NCBI GenBank assembly: GCA_045159875.1
Contig: CP067995.1
Span: forward strand, 1,568,001 to 1,632,000
Source: a cyanobacterium endosymbiont of Rhopalodia gibba
GTDB lineage: Bacteria > Cyanobacteriota > Cyanobacteriia > Cyanobacteriales > Microcystaceae
Direction: 5' to 3'
Length of the DNA: 64,000 bases
In this document: piece after piece, positions 48,844-59,733 of the stretch
Position numbering within the stretch: position 1 is the first letter of the stretch
Layout of the letters: each line of letters begins with the position of its first letter
Translations under genes and position numbers: made by a program
The notes under the pieces: model-generated
What the model was told of the DNA's origin: nothing
The model's database searches: none
What the model saw: the letters and a program-made list of their open reading frames with translations, nothing else

Positions 48844-48883
48844 TCTCAATTTGAATGAAGTAATTACTTCATTTAAATTGAGA
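48844..48883. repeat. Near-perfect 40-bp palindrome, one mismatch
   Basis: tctcaatttGaatgaagtaa|ttacttcattTaaattgaga. Confidence 0.88.
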
Positions 48884-50660
48884 AAGTTTTTTATAGACTA
48901 TTACTATCTCAGTCTGTTTCTTTTATAGAAAATTTAATTTGCTTTATTTTTTTATGGATTCTGCTCAAGTCAAAAATAAACTACTCAAAAAAAATTAAAA
49001 TAAAATTAGTTTTGTTTTAAACACAGATAAAGATATTAGCGATTAAAGTTAAATTCTTTAATGGTAGCATTGACAATCTTAATACATATTAAAACATAGT
49101 AGTGAAAGGAATTTAGTTATATAAAAATTAAAAAGTTACTTTTGATGAGTGTAGGGAGCAAATTCAAAAATATCTCGACACTAATTTTAATCAACTTTTA
49201 TCCCAAAAGACAGATAACGCACTCGAAAATTTTGTTAATTTAGTAATTATAAGAGTAAGGAAATTAGAGATTATAGTAAAATAGCTAAAAGTTTAGAATA
49301 AAATTTTTAAACTACAATTTAGATTAATCCTAAACCTTAAATAATTTTATATATTAATTAAGGACATAAACAATAACTAATAAATAAAAATCCATAAAAA
49401 ATCAGAAATACTTATAATAAAAGAAAAAATATGTTAGATATACCAAAAAGAAAACATATTTGACTGAAGACATAAAAAGATTGAATAAAAAATAAACAGT
49501 CAAATTTAGACAGGTTTATAAAACGTCATTAGTTTTTTTGAAGAGATACTAACTATATTTAAAGGAATTTAGAAAATTTTTTATAGAAATACAGATTAGG
49601 TATCAGAACTGTTAAAATTAGTTAATTAGTGTCATACTGTTTACTTTTCATCATATAAAGTTATAAAGTAATTAGGCTAGGCATTTAATTAGAAAAATTC
49701 TTCCTCATTTTTAAGTAAGAAAACCTTAAAGGACAGTATAAAATATTAACAATAAATTGAAGTAAACTAAGAAGAAAGCTTATGGAATCAGCAATTTTAT
49801 CATTTTTTAATTTTAGATTTTTTTAACTTGACATATTACTAATTAATTCTACATTATTAGTTTGGTATAATCTTTCTTCATTGCAATCTCAAACTACTTT
49901 CTGTTTTCTAACTTATACATAAAAAGCAATTATTAGACTTTATAGAATAAAACTTACTTTATATTAAGTATTCCAACCTCATACTTCTATTTATTTTGAA
50001 TAACACAGTATTTCTCAATCAACTTTTTCTGATTTTTTTATTGAGGACATAGATTAATTCTCATACTTACTTTTGTCATTTTTGATTTTTAGCTCTGTAT
50101 TTAAAATAATTACGATTTTTTCCGGAGACTAATTTATTTTTCTTCTCTGACAAATTGAATAATTGTTAGCTATTAGTATAATTTACCATTTCTTTCTAAA
50201 AGATCTTTGATATATTTTATATATTCTTTTATACAAGTTTTTTTTACTTCTTACAAAATTCAACAATCTTATTTTTTAAGTGAAGAATTTATCTAAAATT
50301 TTATTCCTATGGTTTATTTTCTAATAGATTTACTAAATATACAGTTTCTTGAAACTATCATTCTTTTTTTATAACTTATGCTTTCGTTCTAGTCCTATTA
50401 AAAACTTTTAGATTGCGGGTTGACTTTAATATTTTTTTTTCTTACTAATTAGATTAGTTTAAATTTTAGGTGGACTGACATCTATTGCTCTTCCCTTTTT
50501 ACCCAATCTTTATTCTATACTTATCTAGGCTCATTTACTCAATATAGCTTACTATTTGTGAGCAATGAATTATACAGTCTCTAAAATAATTGTCAACTGA
50601 TAATACTTGACCGACTTGTTATACTAAATAAGACTAAAATACCTAATTTTTTAACTAAAG

Positions 50661-51446
50661 ATGAAACGGCGACAGTTACTTTACTATGCTAGTGCAGGTG
50701 CCATTACAGCCACTGTAATTCCTCTGATTTCTAACTTTCAACTGGCTTCAGCTGAGGGTAACGGTTCGTTGCTGATACAGTATTTAGGTCATACTTCTTT
50801 TCTATACATAGGGGGAGGACTAAGAATTTTAGCTAATCCTTTTCGGACAATTGGCTGTACTGCCGGATATAGACTACCTAAAATAGAGGCAGATTTAGTA
50901 ATTATTAGTAGTCAACTCTGGGATGAAGGAGCAGCTGAAAACCTACCTGGAAATCCTAAGATTTTGTATGAACCTGGAGTTTATGAAATTAAAGGGCTGA
51001 GAATTCAAGGCGTTGGCATTGATCATGATCGTAAGGGAGGCAAACAATTCGGAACTAACGTCGCTTGGCGTTGGATTCAAGGAGGACTGCGGATTGTCCA
51101 TTTAGGCGGAGCAGCTGCCCCGATTGGCATTGAACAGAAAATTCTTCTAGGGACTCCTGATATTGCCATGATCCCTGTGGGAGGAGGACCAAAAGCCTAT
51201 AAACCTAATGAGGGAAAACAGGCGATGGAGATTCTCAAGCCCAAGGTAATGATTCCTACTCATTATTTAACAGAAGCCGCAGATATAGAAGCTTGTGACT
51301 TATCTCCTGTAGATAAATTTTTAGAGTTAGTCAAAGACATGAATATTCGTCAGATTAATGACAACAAGTTACTAATCAAATTTCAAGATTTGCCCAAAGA
51401 AGGGACAGTTATTCGAGTTTTTAGTGAAAAACCAGTCCTTAAATAA
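50661..51446 (+). CDS. MBL-fold metallo-hydrolase with twin-arginine signal peptide
   Basis: MKRRQLL Tat motif, YLGHTSFL, VHLGG, MIPTHY. Confidence 0.87.
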   Translation: MKRRQLLYYASAGAITATVIPLISNFQLASAEGNGSLLIQYLGHTSFLYIGGGLRILANPFRTIGCTAGYRLPKIEADLVIISSQLWDEGAAENLPGNPKILYEPGVYEIKGLRIQGVGIDHDRKGGKQFGTNVAWRWIQGGLRIVHLGGAAAPIGIEQKILLGTPDIAMIPVGGGPKAYKPNEGKQAMEILKPKVMIPTHYLTEAADIEACDLSPVDKFLELVKDMNIRQINDNKLLIKFQDLPKEGTVIRVFSEKPVLK

Positions 51447-51489
51447 TTCTTAGTCAGACTAAACTAATACGAGCATAGTTTGTGAAATA

Positions 51490-52250
51490 TAATACCCAAC
51501 GACTCTAGAAATCGAGTCTAAACCATGGAAGAAATTGACCGTTGCTTCGATAGAAGGTTCCAGCTGAGTATGATAAACTAATTTTCCAAGATGGGGATAA
51601 ACTTTAACAATTAAGCCATAAGCCCAAGCTCTAATTGAAATTTTTGCTAAATGTTTAATTAGTTCTGTTTTTCTAGCAGAATGGAAAGGACTAATGATAA
51701 CGGGTAAACAAGTGAGTTATTTTAGGACAACCACTGCTTGTGAGTTTAGAACATTGCGAGTATAGATAGGTATTAAAATCATCAATTTCTTGCTTACCTA
51801 ACACTATCTGAAAATTTCTTTGACTTAAGATATATTCTGCTCAAAAATAAACTCTTTAATAATTGCGGCTCAACCTAATTTTAAAAGTCTTTAAAACCAA
51901 GAAAAAGGGATATATAGTTCAAATTTTTCTCCCCGTAACTCTTGAGCAGATAATTTTTTTAATTTAGAGACAACAGTCTCCATCTGTTTAAAATTATTAA
52001 TAATATAAGAGCTACTAATAATTACAATTTATTGATTACTAAAAAATACAATATTTGTTAAAGTTACAATGTTTACTTCTTTAGAAAAAAATTCTAAGCC
52101 AAGCTTTGCATTTAATTCGTACATAATTTTTTTTAACTAAGAATAAACATTTAACAAATAAAATCTCGTATCAGTATTCAAGAAATGATGTGAACTAAAA
52201 AGAACAAGACAGCTCAGTCTTGCCAAAATTTTTGTAGTTATCAAATAAAA
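51490..52250 (-). pseudogene. aroF: DAHP synthase (class I-beta), degraded
   Basis: Minus strand reads AVVVLK*LTCLPVIISPFHSARKTELIKHLAKISIRAWAYGLIVKVYPH, a decayed LPVIVDPSHAAGKR...GADGLIIECHP. The 5' boundary is uncertain. Confidence 0.65.
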
Positions 52251-52280
52251 TGAAAGCTATAAAATTAAGTTCGAGATGTA

Positions 52281-52317
52281 ATTATATTGTTTGTCTAGAA
52301 AAGACAAACAATATAAT
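52281..52317. repeat. Perfect inverted repeat, 16-bp arms, 5-nt spacer
   Basis: attatattgtttgtct-agaaa-agacaaacaatataat. Confidence 0.9.
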
Positions 52318-52619
52318 CTTGCAATCTTGTCAATTAACCTCAATTTTATGCTAATGTGGTATAATTTAATATATCTTATTCTAGCTTGACTTAAGACTGT
52401 GGATACTGGACTTAAATTTTAGAGTGTTGCGGTAGAGCTATTATTTTTAGATATCAAAGAAACAATCGATAGATGTTCAGTATCTATAAATAATAATTAG
52501 GTAAAAAGCTTCAAAGAATGTTCATATGACCTACCCTCAAAAGACTATAAAGTCAATTAGCACAGAGTTAGGATACACACACAAACATCCTAGTGCGTTA
52601 CGATATAAAAAAAAAGTAG

Positions 52620-52659
52620 AAAGTATTCCATCTACACTATAGTTTAGATGGAATACTTT
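52620..52659. repeat. Near-perfect 40-bp palindrome, one mismatch
   Basis: aaagtattccatctaCacta|tagtTtagatggaatacttt. Confidence 0.88.
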
Positions 52660-52821
52660 GCTTACTAATTCTAAATAAAACAGTTTTCTGAAGTTCGGTG
52701 ATGATCACGTTAAAAAATGTCGATCGGTTCAAATCCTTAAAAAAGTTCACTTTTAATGTCTCACAACGCTATAATAGCTCAATAAAGATTATCAATTATC
52801 ATCGACTCGGAGGAGGAAGCT

Positions 52822-53187
52822 ATTCCTGAGCAACTTACCCTGACCGTGAGTTTACGAGGAACTCGCGATGTTAGAAACACATACCAAATTTTTCGGCTAA
52901 CTGGTTTATTAGATGCTTTTTCTGAACCTACTTTTCGTAAGGTGATTGGAAATTGTATAGATGAGGGTCCAGCCGATGTTATTCTAGTTTTGTCTCAAAT
53001 TGACTTTATTGACAGTTCTGGACTGGGTGCTTTAGTTCAACTTGTTAAAAAAGCACAAACCAATAAAGGTAGCTTACAAATTGTTACGAACCCTAGAGTA
53101 ACTCAAACTGTTAAGCTAGTCCGTCTAGAAAAATTTTTGTCTTTGCAAGCTTCAGTTGAAGATGCTGTCAATAATCTCCCAAAGTAG
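52822..53187 (+). CDS. STAS-domain anti-sigma factor antagonist
   Basis: GLLDAFSEP, IDFIDSSGLGALV, VKLVRLEKFL. Probable ATT start at 52822 behind GGAGGAGG (the ORF track uses GTG 52846). Confidence 0.9.
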   Translation: MPEQLTLTVSLRGTRDVRNTYQIFRLTGLLDAFSEPTFRKVIGNCIDEGPADVILVLSQIDFIDSSGLGALVQLVKKAQTNKGSLQIVTNPRVTQTVKLVRLEKFLSLQASVEDAVNNLPK

Positions 53188-53225
53188 TTAACTCATGACG
53201 AGGGACTGCTGCTGCTTTTGTTCTT

Positions 53226-53726
53226 TTGGGATACTTAAACCGAGTTAAGACTGTGAACCTACCGAATTATGACCAAACTCAGTCTCCGATTCCCTATGAG
53301 GTTAATAGAGTCTATGATAGCCTCTCTTCTGAGTCCATTGGTACTAATTTAGAGTCAGTTGGTATGATAAAGCAGTTGTCCCCTGGCTTTCTGGCTTATT
53401 TGGGGGATGCAGTTTATGAACTTTATGTTCGAAGCCACTATATCTTCCCTCCTCGGCGGTTAGCTGACTATCATAATCAAGTGGTATCGTTGGTGCGCGC
53501 CGAAAGCCAAGCTGCTTTTCTGTTAACTCTTTGCCCTCATTTAACGGAATTTGAGAAGGAAATTGTTCGTCGGGGGCGTAATGCAGCGGCGGGAGGACGT
53601 CGACGTGTATCCCCAGAACTTTATCAACAAGCCACCAGTTTTGAAACGTTGATTGGCTATCTCTATCTACACAATCCACAACGTCTAAATCAATTACTCG
53701 GAAAATTAAATTTAAATTCAGCTTAA
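53226..53726 (+). CDS. mrnC: Mini-ribonuclease III
   Basis: LAYLGDAVYELYVR, VRAESQA, RRGRNA, YQQATSFETLIGYLYL; start uncertain (GTG 53253 is an alternative). Confidence 0.9.
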   Translation: MGYLNRVKTVNLPNYDQTQSPIPYEVNRVYDSLSSESIGTNLESVGMIKQLSPGFLAYLGDAVYELYVRSHYIFPPRRLADYHNQVVSLVRAESQAAFLLTLCPHLTEFEKEIVRRGRNAAAGGRRRVSPELYQQATSFETLIGYLYLHNPQRLNQLLGKLNLNSA

Positions 53727-54515
53727 GTGATGAATTCCTAAGGAAGATTTATGTTAGTGGAAGGAGACGATAGTTTCTAGCCATTTTTTTATTTTCCGTT
53801 GTTGGTGAATCGAGAGAATTTATTTATAAGAATACTTACTAAGAAAAGATGCCGTTTTAAAATGAGAACAGGTGATGCCACAATCGTTGTAATCACTTCT
53901 TGAATTTTCGGGATATCAAAATTTTTGAGTGATTTTATTTATTATATATAGGTTATTCTCCAATCATCGACCTCGTCGTCGTACTTTAACTTAGGTATTG
54001 AAAATAATAAAAGTGTTTTTCAATCTCGTAGAATATCCATTTGGATAAACTGTGCTACCCCGATAAATAAAGTTGATAGGATTGAATAATGTTTGATAAT
54101 TGTGGATAGACTGCCTGGTTATTAAAACGAATGAGTAGTTTCTCTCGACTCCAGAGCAAACTCTCAGAAAAAGAGCTACAAATGTCAAAGTATTAGAATT
54201 TCGGGAAAAACTATGTTAAACCATTGTGAAGGGACTAAACCTTTGGAAGAAATTATGTTAGATCATATATAACGGTAGCAATAACGAGAGATAAGATGCG
54301 GCGTGGACGAACTTTTTTTTGAAATTGAGTTCAAGCTATGGGAGAAAAGGCTAGACGGAATCTCACATCACTCTCGCACCGCTTGGTAAAGGGGGTATTT
54401 TTGTTGTCGGGAACTTTAGCTGGTTGGTACTTATGGTTTAACAAGCTGCATTATCTAAGGTTGTCAAAAGTATTTTAATTCTTCCAAGTTAACACGCAAT
54501 GCTGGAACGAAAGTT

Positions 54516-54863
54516 ATGACTAATATCTACCCATTCGATTGGCCTATTCATGGTGATTGTCAGGCCGAAGTAGTGGTAAAAACGGTGTATTCAATACAGG
54601 AAACTCGCCAGGCTCTCGAGCTGGTTCAAGAGCGTAAGACTGTAGTCTTAATCCTAGATAAGTTGCCCTTAGACCAAGCCCAGCGAGTGGCAGATTGGGT
54701 AGCGGGGGGAGCTTGTGCCACTGATGGACGAACCTTTTGGGTCGGGAAAAGGACCTTAATGTTTGTTCCTAACCAGGTCAGTGTTAAGTCTAGTCGTTCT
54801 CCCATCTCTCCTTTCGCTCCTAACCTCAAAACCAGTATAGAACAGTTGACTAGTATTCCTTAA
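54516..54863 (+). CDS. SepF-domain protein (short paralogue)
   Basis: ERKTVVLILDKLPLDQAQRVADWVAGGACATDG...LMFVPNQVSV resembles the SepF C-terminal domain. Confidence 0.75.
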   Translation: MTNIYPFDWPIHGDCQAEVVVKTVYSIQETRQALELVQERKTVVLILDKLPLDQAQRVADWVAGGACATDGRTFWVGKRTLMFVPNQVSVKSSRSPISPFAPNLKTSIEQLTSIP

Positions 54864-55149
54864 GGAAAGTTCCTGTATGATTCTGCCAATTGACCTCCTT
54901 GGTAGCGAGAAAACTGAGTATGATCTGAACTAATGTTCTTCAACAGACTAGTATTCTCTGAGGAAAGTTTCCATAGAATTTAACCAAACTTGTCATGTAA
55001 AGTAAAGATACAAAATACATCGTCAATAATAAGCTTATCAAAAGCCGCAGTTTTGATGTGGCTAGCATTTTGGTAGGTTATCTCCTTAACATTAAATTGT
55101 ATCCAATTGAATGTTTTCAGTTAATTTATGCCTCTGGAATTTAAGTGTT

Positions 55150-56075
55150 TAACTCAATTCAATGAGTAAGATTCTAAATTATAGAATTAACATTAACTTG
55201 TATTTATTGTGATTTAGGCAGAAATGAAGTTTATCAAGATAGTAAATTAACTATTAGGAATTTGCATTGGGGAGAAAAAGCTGTATCTCTGAAGATTAGT
55301 CGTCATCACATGGGCATAGATGTAGTCGAGAAGGAAGAGTTAAACCACCTTAAAAAATAAAGTAAGTAAACAAAAAGTAAAAACAATGCTCAGAGATTTA
55401 GGTCAAAAATTATAGATGAAAAAATCTTAGATATTAAAATGTTTAGCAACTTAGTAAAATGGCTGCAATTAAAGGACAAGAAAACTATTATGTAGTATTA
55501 CATAGATTTATATAAATGAGTAAACATAGAAATTGTAGAAATGGACAAATAAATGCCATAAGCTGAGGTACTAGCAAATAGATTTTGTGTGATAAAACAA
55601 TATTTAAGTAGATAATCAAAAAGAGCTCTCAAATAAGAAAATAAAGAACTTGAGAATACCAGTCAAAAAAGAAAAAACTCTCGGAGTTAAATTTAAGAGT
55701 AAATATGTTTTATTTAAAAATTAAAAAGATTAGAGCAAAGAATTAAAAGCTAAATTAAAATCAGATATAAATCTGATACATAAAACCTTACTAGTTTTCC
55801 CTAAAATATACTAATTGAAAGAAAAAATTAGAGAATACTTGAAAATACTTAGATTGAGTATTAGGTTTATTGAAATCAACTGATCAGTTTTAAAAAGCTT
55901 ACCTATTATCTCCAAAAAGCTGTAAAAAAATTAGACATTGGATTTGAGGAATTATTGTCCATTATGACTAACGAACAACAGAAGGAATTAATAATAAATT
56001 GAAGTTGATTAAAAAGAAAGCTGATGGATTCAGAAATTTTGTAGATCTTTAACTCCAAAACTCCTTGACTCACCA
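55150..56075 (+). mobile_element. ISL3-family transposase remnant
   Basis: Remnants MP*AEVLANRFCVIKQ (from DRFHV) and PKSCKKIRHWI*GIIVHYD*RTTEGINNKLKLIKKKADGFRNF. Confidence 0.8.
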
Positions 56076-56292
56076 TCTCACTAGTCAATTCTACATTATC
56101 AATTCGGTATAACCTTAAAAACCAATCGAATGAGTCTAGCATAGAAGGAAATCATACCCGGCAAGGGAGTTCTTGAAATTTCTTACTAATTTCTTAATTT
56201 TCTTGTCCAAGGACTAAATACGTTTTTAGCATCAGCTGTCAAAATCTGCAGTTGATTACGGATTAGGAAGATTTTCTTTGTGAGTTAACCCT

Positions 56293-57771
56293 TTATACAC
56301 AATCATTTTTGAGAGTATCGGGTTTATCATGAACTGCTAAACGTTCTATTAGGGTAGCACTCGCTTCGTTGAGGCCGATTAGGTCAACTTTGACGTTATG
56401 TTTGCGGAACCGTAAGACAACCTTATCGACAGCATCGACGGCAGAATGATCCCACAAATGAGCATGAGTTAAATCGATAATCACTTTTTGCAGGTTTTCC
56501 TGGAAATCGAAAGCACTGATGAAGTTATCAACAGAAACAAAAAATATCTGTCCATTAACACTATAAACTCGTTCATTTCCATCTCCTTTGAGTAGGGAAT
56601 CTACAAAAATAAGAGAGGCAATTTTACGACTGAAGAAAATAGCACTCATAGCCACTCCAATAAGCACCCCAATAGCTAGATTATGGGTTAACACAGTAAT
56701 TAACACTGTGGTAATCATTACTGCAGTTTCGTTCTTTGGAAACTTAGTAATATTGAGGAGAGAATTCCAGTTAAAGGTGCTAATAGAAACCATAATCATA
56801 ATTGTTACTAAAGCCGCCATAGGAATTCGTGCTATCCAATCGCCAAAAACTAAAATAAAAGTCAAAAGAAAAATTCCAGCACTAAGAGTTGAAAGTCTTG
56901 CTCGTCCTCCAGAACGAATATTGATCACAGATTGACCAATCATGGCACATCCAGCCATTCCACCAAAAAATCCTGTCACAATATTTGCTATTCCTTGGGC
57001 GATCGCCTCCTGATTTTTATTACTAGATGTATCGGTTAAATCATCAATTACATTAGCAGTCAAAAAAGATTCCAATAATCCTACCAAAGATAGAGTGAAA
57101 GCATAGGGCAGAATAATTTGTAATGTCTCGAAGTTCCAAGGAATGTCTGGGACAAAAAATACGGGGAGAGTACGAGGAAGATTTCCAATATCCCCAACAG
57201 TAGGCACTTGAATCTCTGTCACTAAAGAAATAATAGTTAAGCCAACGATAGCTACTAATGGAGAAGGGATAACAGTTGTGAGACGAGGTAAACCGTAGAT
57301 AATTACCAGCCCTATAGCAACCATCCCGTAAACTAACCAAGAAGCCTCCTTAAATTGAGGCAGTTGGGCGTCAAAAATCAGAATAGCTAGAGCATTAACA
57401 AATCCTATCATAACCGCTTTTGGAACAAAGCGTATTTGATGACCGAGTTTGATCCAACCTAAAATAATCTGGAGAATCCCTGTTAGGATCGTTGTGGCTA
57501 ATAAGTATTGTAGTCCATAGTCTTGAACTAAAGTAGTCATTAATAAAGCCATTGCTCCTGTCGTTGCCGAAATCATCCCAGGCCGACCACCAATAAAAGC
57601 AGTAATAGTGGCAATGCAAAAAGAGGAATATAGTCCTACTTGAGGGTCAACTCCCGCGACAATAGAGAAAGCGATAGCTTCAGGAATTAGGGCTAAAGCT
57701 ATCACAGCCCCTGCTAGGAGATCATTTTTAACATTAGAAAACCAGACTTTTTTAGTAAAAATTTCACTCAT
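56293..57771 (-). CDS. SulP/SLC26 family inorganic anion transporter with STAS domain
   Basis: [31 protein letters not shown]-terminal STAS (DLTHAHLWD). Confidence 0.93.
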   Translation of the reverse strand: MSEIFTKKVWFSNVKNDLLAGAVIALALIPEAIAFSIVAGVDPQVGLYSSFCIATITAFIGGRPGMISATTGAMALLMTTLVQDYGLQYLLATTILTGILQIILGWIKLGHQIRFVPKAVMIGFVNALAILIFDAQLPQFKEASWLVYGMVAIGLVIIYGLPRLTTVIPSPLVAIVGLTIISLVTEIQVPTVGDIGNLPRTLPVFFVPDIPWNFETLQIILPYAFTLSLVGLLESFLTANVIDDLTDTSSNKNQEAIAQGIANIVTGFFGGMAGCAMIGQSVINIRSGGRARLSTLSAGIFLLTFILVFGDWIARIPMAALVTIMIMVSISTFNWNSLLNITKFPKNETAVMITTVLITVLTHNLAIGVLIGVAMSAIFFSRKIASLIFVDSLLKGDGNERVYSVNGQIFFVSVDNFISAFDFQENLQKVIIDLTHAHLWDHSAVDAVDKVVLRFRKHNVKVDLIGLNEASATLIERLAVHDKPDTLKNDCV

Positions 57772-58364
57772 ACTTCTTTAACAAATAAAGATGATCTTAA
57801 ATTTAAGGTGTACGGGATTAATATTATTTTCCTACTAAGTAGGTAACTTCGGTTATGCTAGCCGATTAATTGATGATTCACTGCATCACTTCATACAGCA
57901 ACAAACAACCTGATGCGATACCTCGTCTTCTAGCTATCATCTCTGTAACTGTCATTTCTCTAGTTACTTATACAGGTAATTCCTTATACAAGTAATACTA
58001 GTATATTCTCAGAAAATTACAGTTAAATATAGACTGACAGTGATTGACTCTCTAACCACGACTATTAATTTAGCAAAAAATGCAAACAATAAAATTTGAT
58101 TGAATAATCTAGCCTGAGAGGAAATTAACAACTATATTTTTCTCAATCATCGTCATGGAAAATTTAAAGGCTTGCGATCATTTACGACTATGCAAACAGC
58201 CTTAAATTCCCCTACGGGAAATTATATATACTTTCTATGAAAGTCGTCCTTCTCTGAAAAGTCTAAAATACCTCTATCATAAAAGTTTAAATAGGCTAAA
58301 GTAGCGGTTAAGCAAAGATTGTAGTTTCTTTTGTTAAATTTGAAGTCTTGACAAGAATAATCTA

Positions 58365-58413
58365 GTAGTTTGCAGATAGTTTTTCAAGCCTTGAAAAACT
58401 ATCTGCAAACTAC
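58365..58413. repeat. Perfect inverted repeat, 24-bp arms, 1-nt spacer
   Basis: gtagtttgcagatagtttttcaag-c-cttgaaaaactatctgcaaactac. Confidence 0.95.
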
Positions 58414-59733
58414 ATGCAATGTTCTGAAGAAGCTTTAAACCGGCAATTTTTAGTTCATAGTATTCGAAAAATACTTAGAAGAATAGGTAAAATTATTAAA
58501 CTGTGTTAAAATCGAAGTAGTTGTTGTTTACCTCTGAACAGAAAGGAGAAAAAGTTAAACAAGTTAATAAACTTAAAATACTACAATACAAATATCTTAA
58601 CTATATTTGGTACATTTAATTTGTTAAAGAGTTGTTTGTTTGAACAATGGTTAGTTTCTTATGAGATAGTGATCGCTAAATTTTGGATTCACTTGGTTCA
58701 TAAAGAGATAAAAAAACAGTTCAAGAAGTATGAATCAGACGAATTAGAATCATAGCGGATGCATTCTGAAAATTGGCAACAGAAAAGGTCATACAATATG
58801 CAGCTTTAGCAGAAAAAACATTAGCTTATACTAGCTAGTGCTGAGCATGTATTCTGCCAGTTAATTAAAGGGGACCGTCAGTGTAAGTATACTACTTTAA
58901 TAGTAAATTATATTGTAGCTACTAAATAGGAAGATTCAAAAATAGATAAACAAAAACTTAGCAGAAATATAATAATTTCTTTAAATACTCTCTGAGCGTT
59001 TCTAAAAACTATTTTTATAGTTTCATAATTAGTATTTTTTATAAAAAAAAATATAAATATCATTAGCTAAACTTTTATAAAAAGTTGTACGACAAGAAGA
59101 TATAAAAGTTTTTTAACTTTTTATGGTATCTAGTATAGTTGATTTTAAATTCAGTCAAGTCCATTATTGTTTGGGTTATTTATTTATATTTTAAGAATAA
59201 ATATCTTACTTTTATATTTAATTTTTTTTTGAATAAAATGTTACTTTTTAATGTTTATTAAATTTATAAAAACAGATGATAAATAAGAATTTTTATGTTA
59301 TTAACGATTAATTAATACTCTATATATAGAATGATAACTCGGATTTAATTTAAATTAAAATACTTTAAAGATTAACTAATTTCGGTATTTTATACCTAAA
59401 CAGTATATATTCAGATCGAATGAAGATTGAATTACAGTGAGATCACTTAAAAATTTTTCTGTTTAATAAAATCTTTAGTCATAATCTTAATCTAACTTTA
59501 AAACCTTTTTAATTTTTTTAAAAATATCAATTTTTACAATATAAACTTAACTCTAATTGTATAAATATTAGCAATATTAAATAATTAATCTTTTTTGATC
59601 GCTATTTAGAAATTTATAATTATTTGTTCTAAATTTATCTTTTATAAAAAGATGAATTTAAATATTATTTTATTATATGACTGAGGAATAATTTGTTTCT
59701 CTTACTTAGAAATGGTGTCACAAATCAGTCCAT

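Noticed and set aside
57976..57989. GTA-N8-TAC NtcA-like site upstream of sulP
   Set aside because: No TAN3T box at the expected spacing, and the motif is common by chance in AT-rich DNA.
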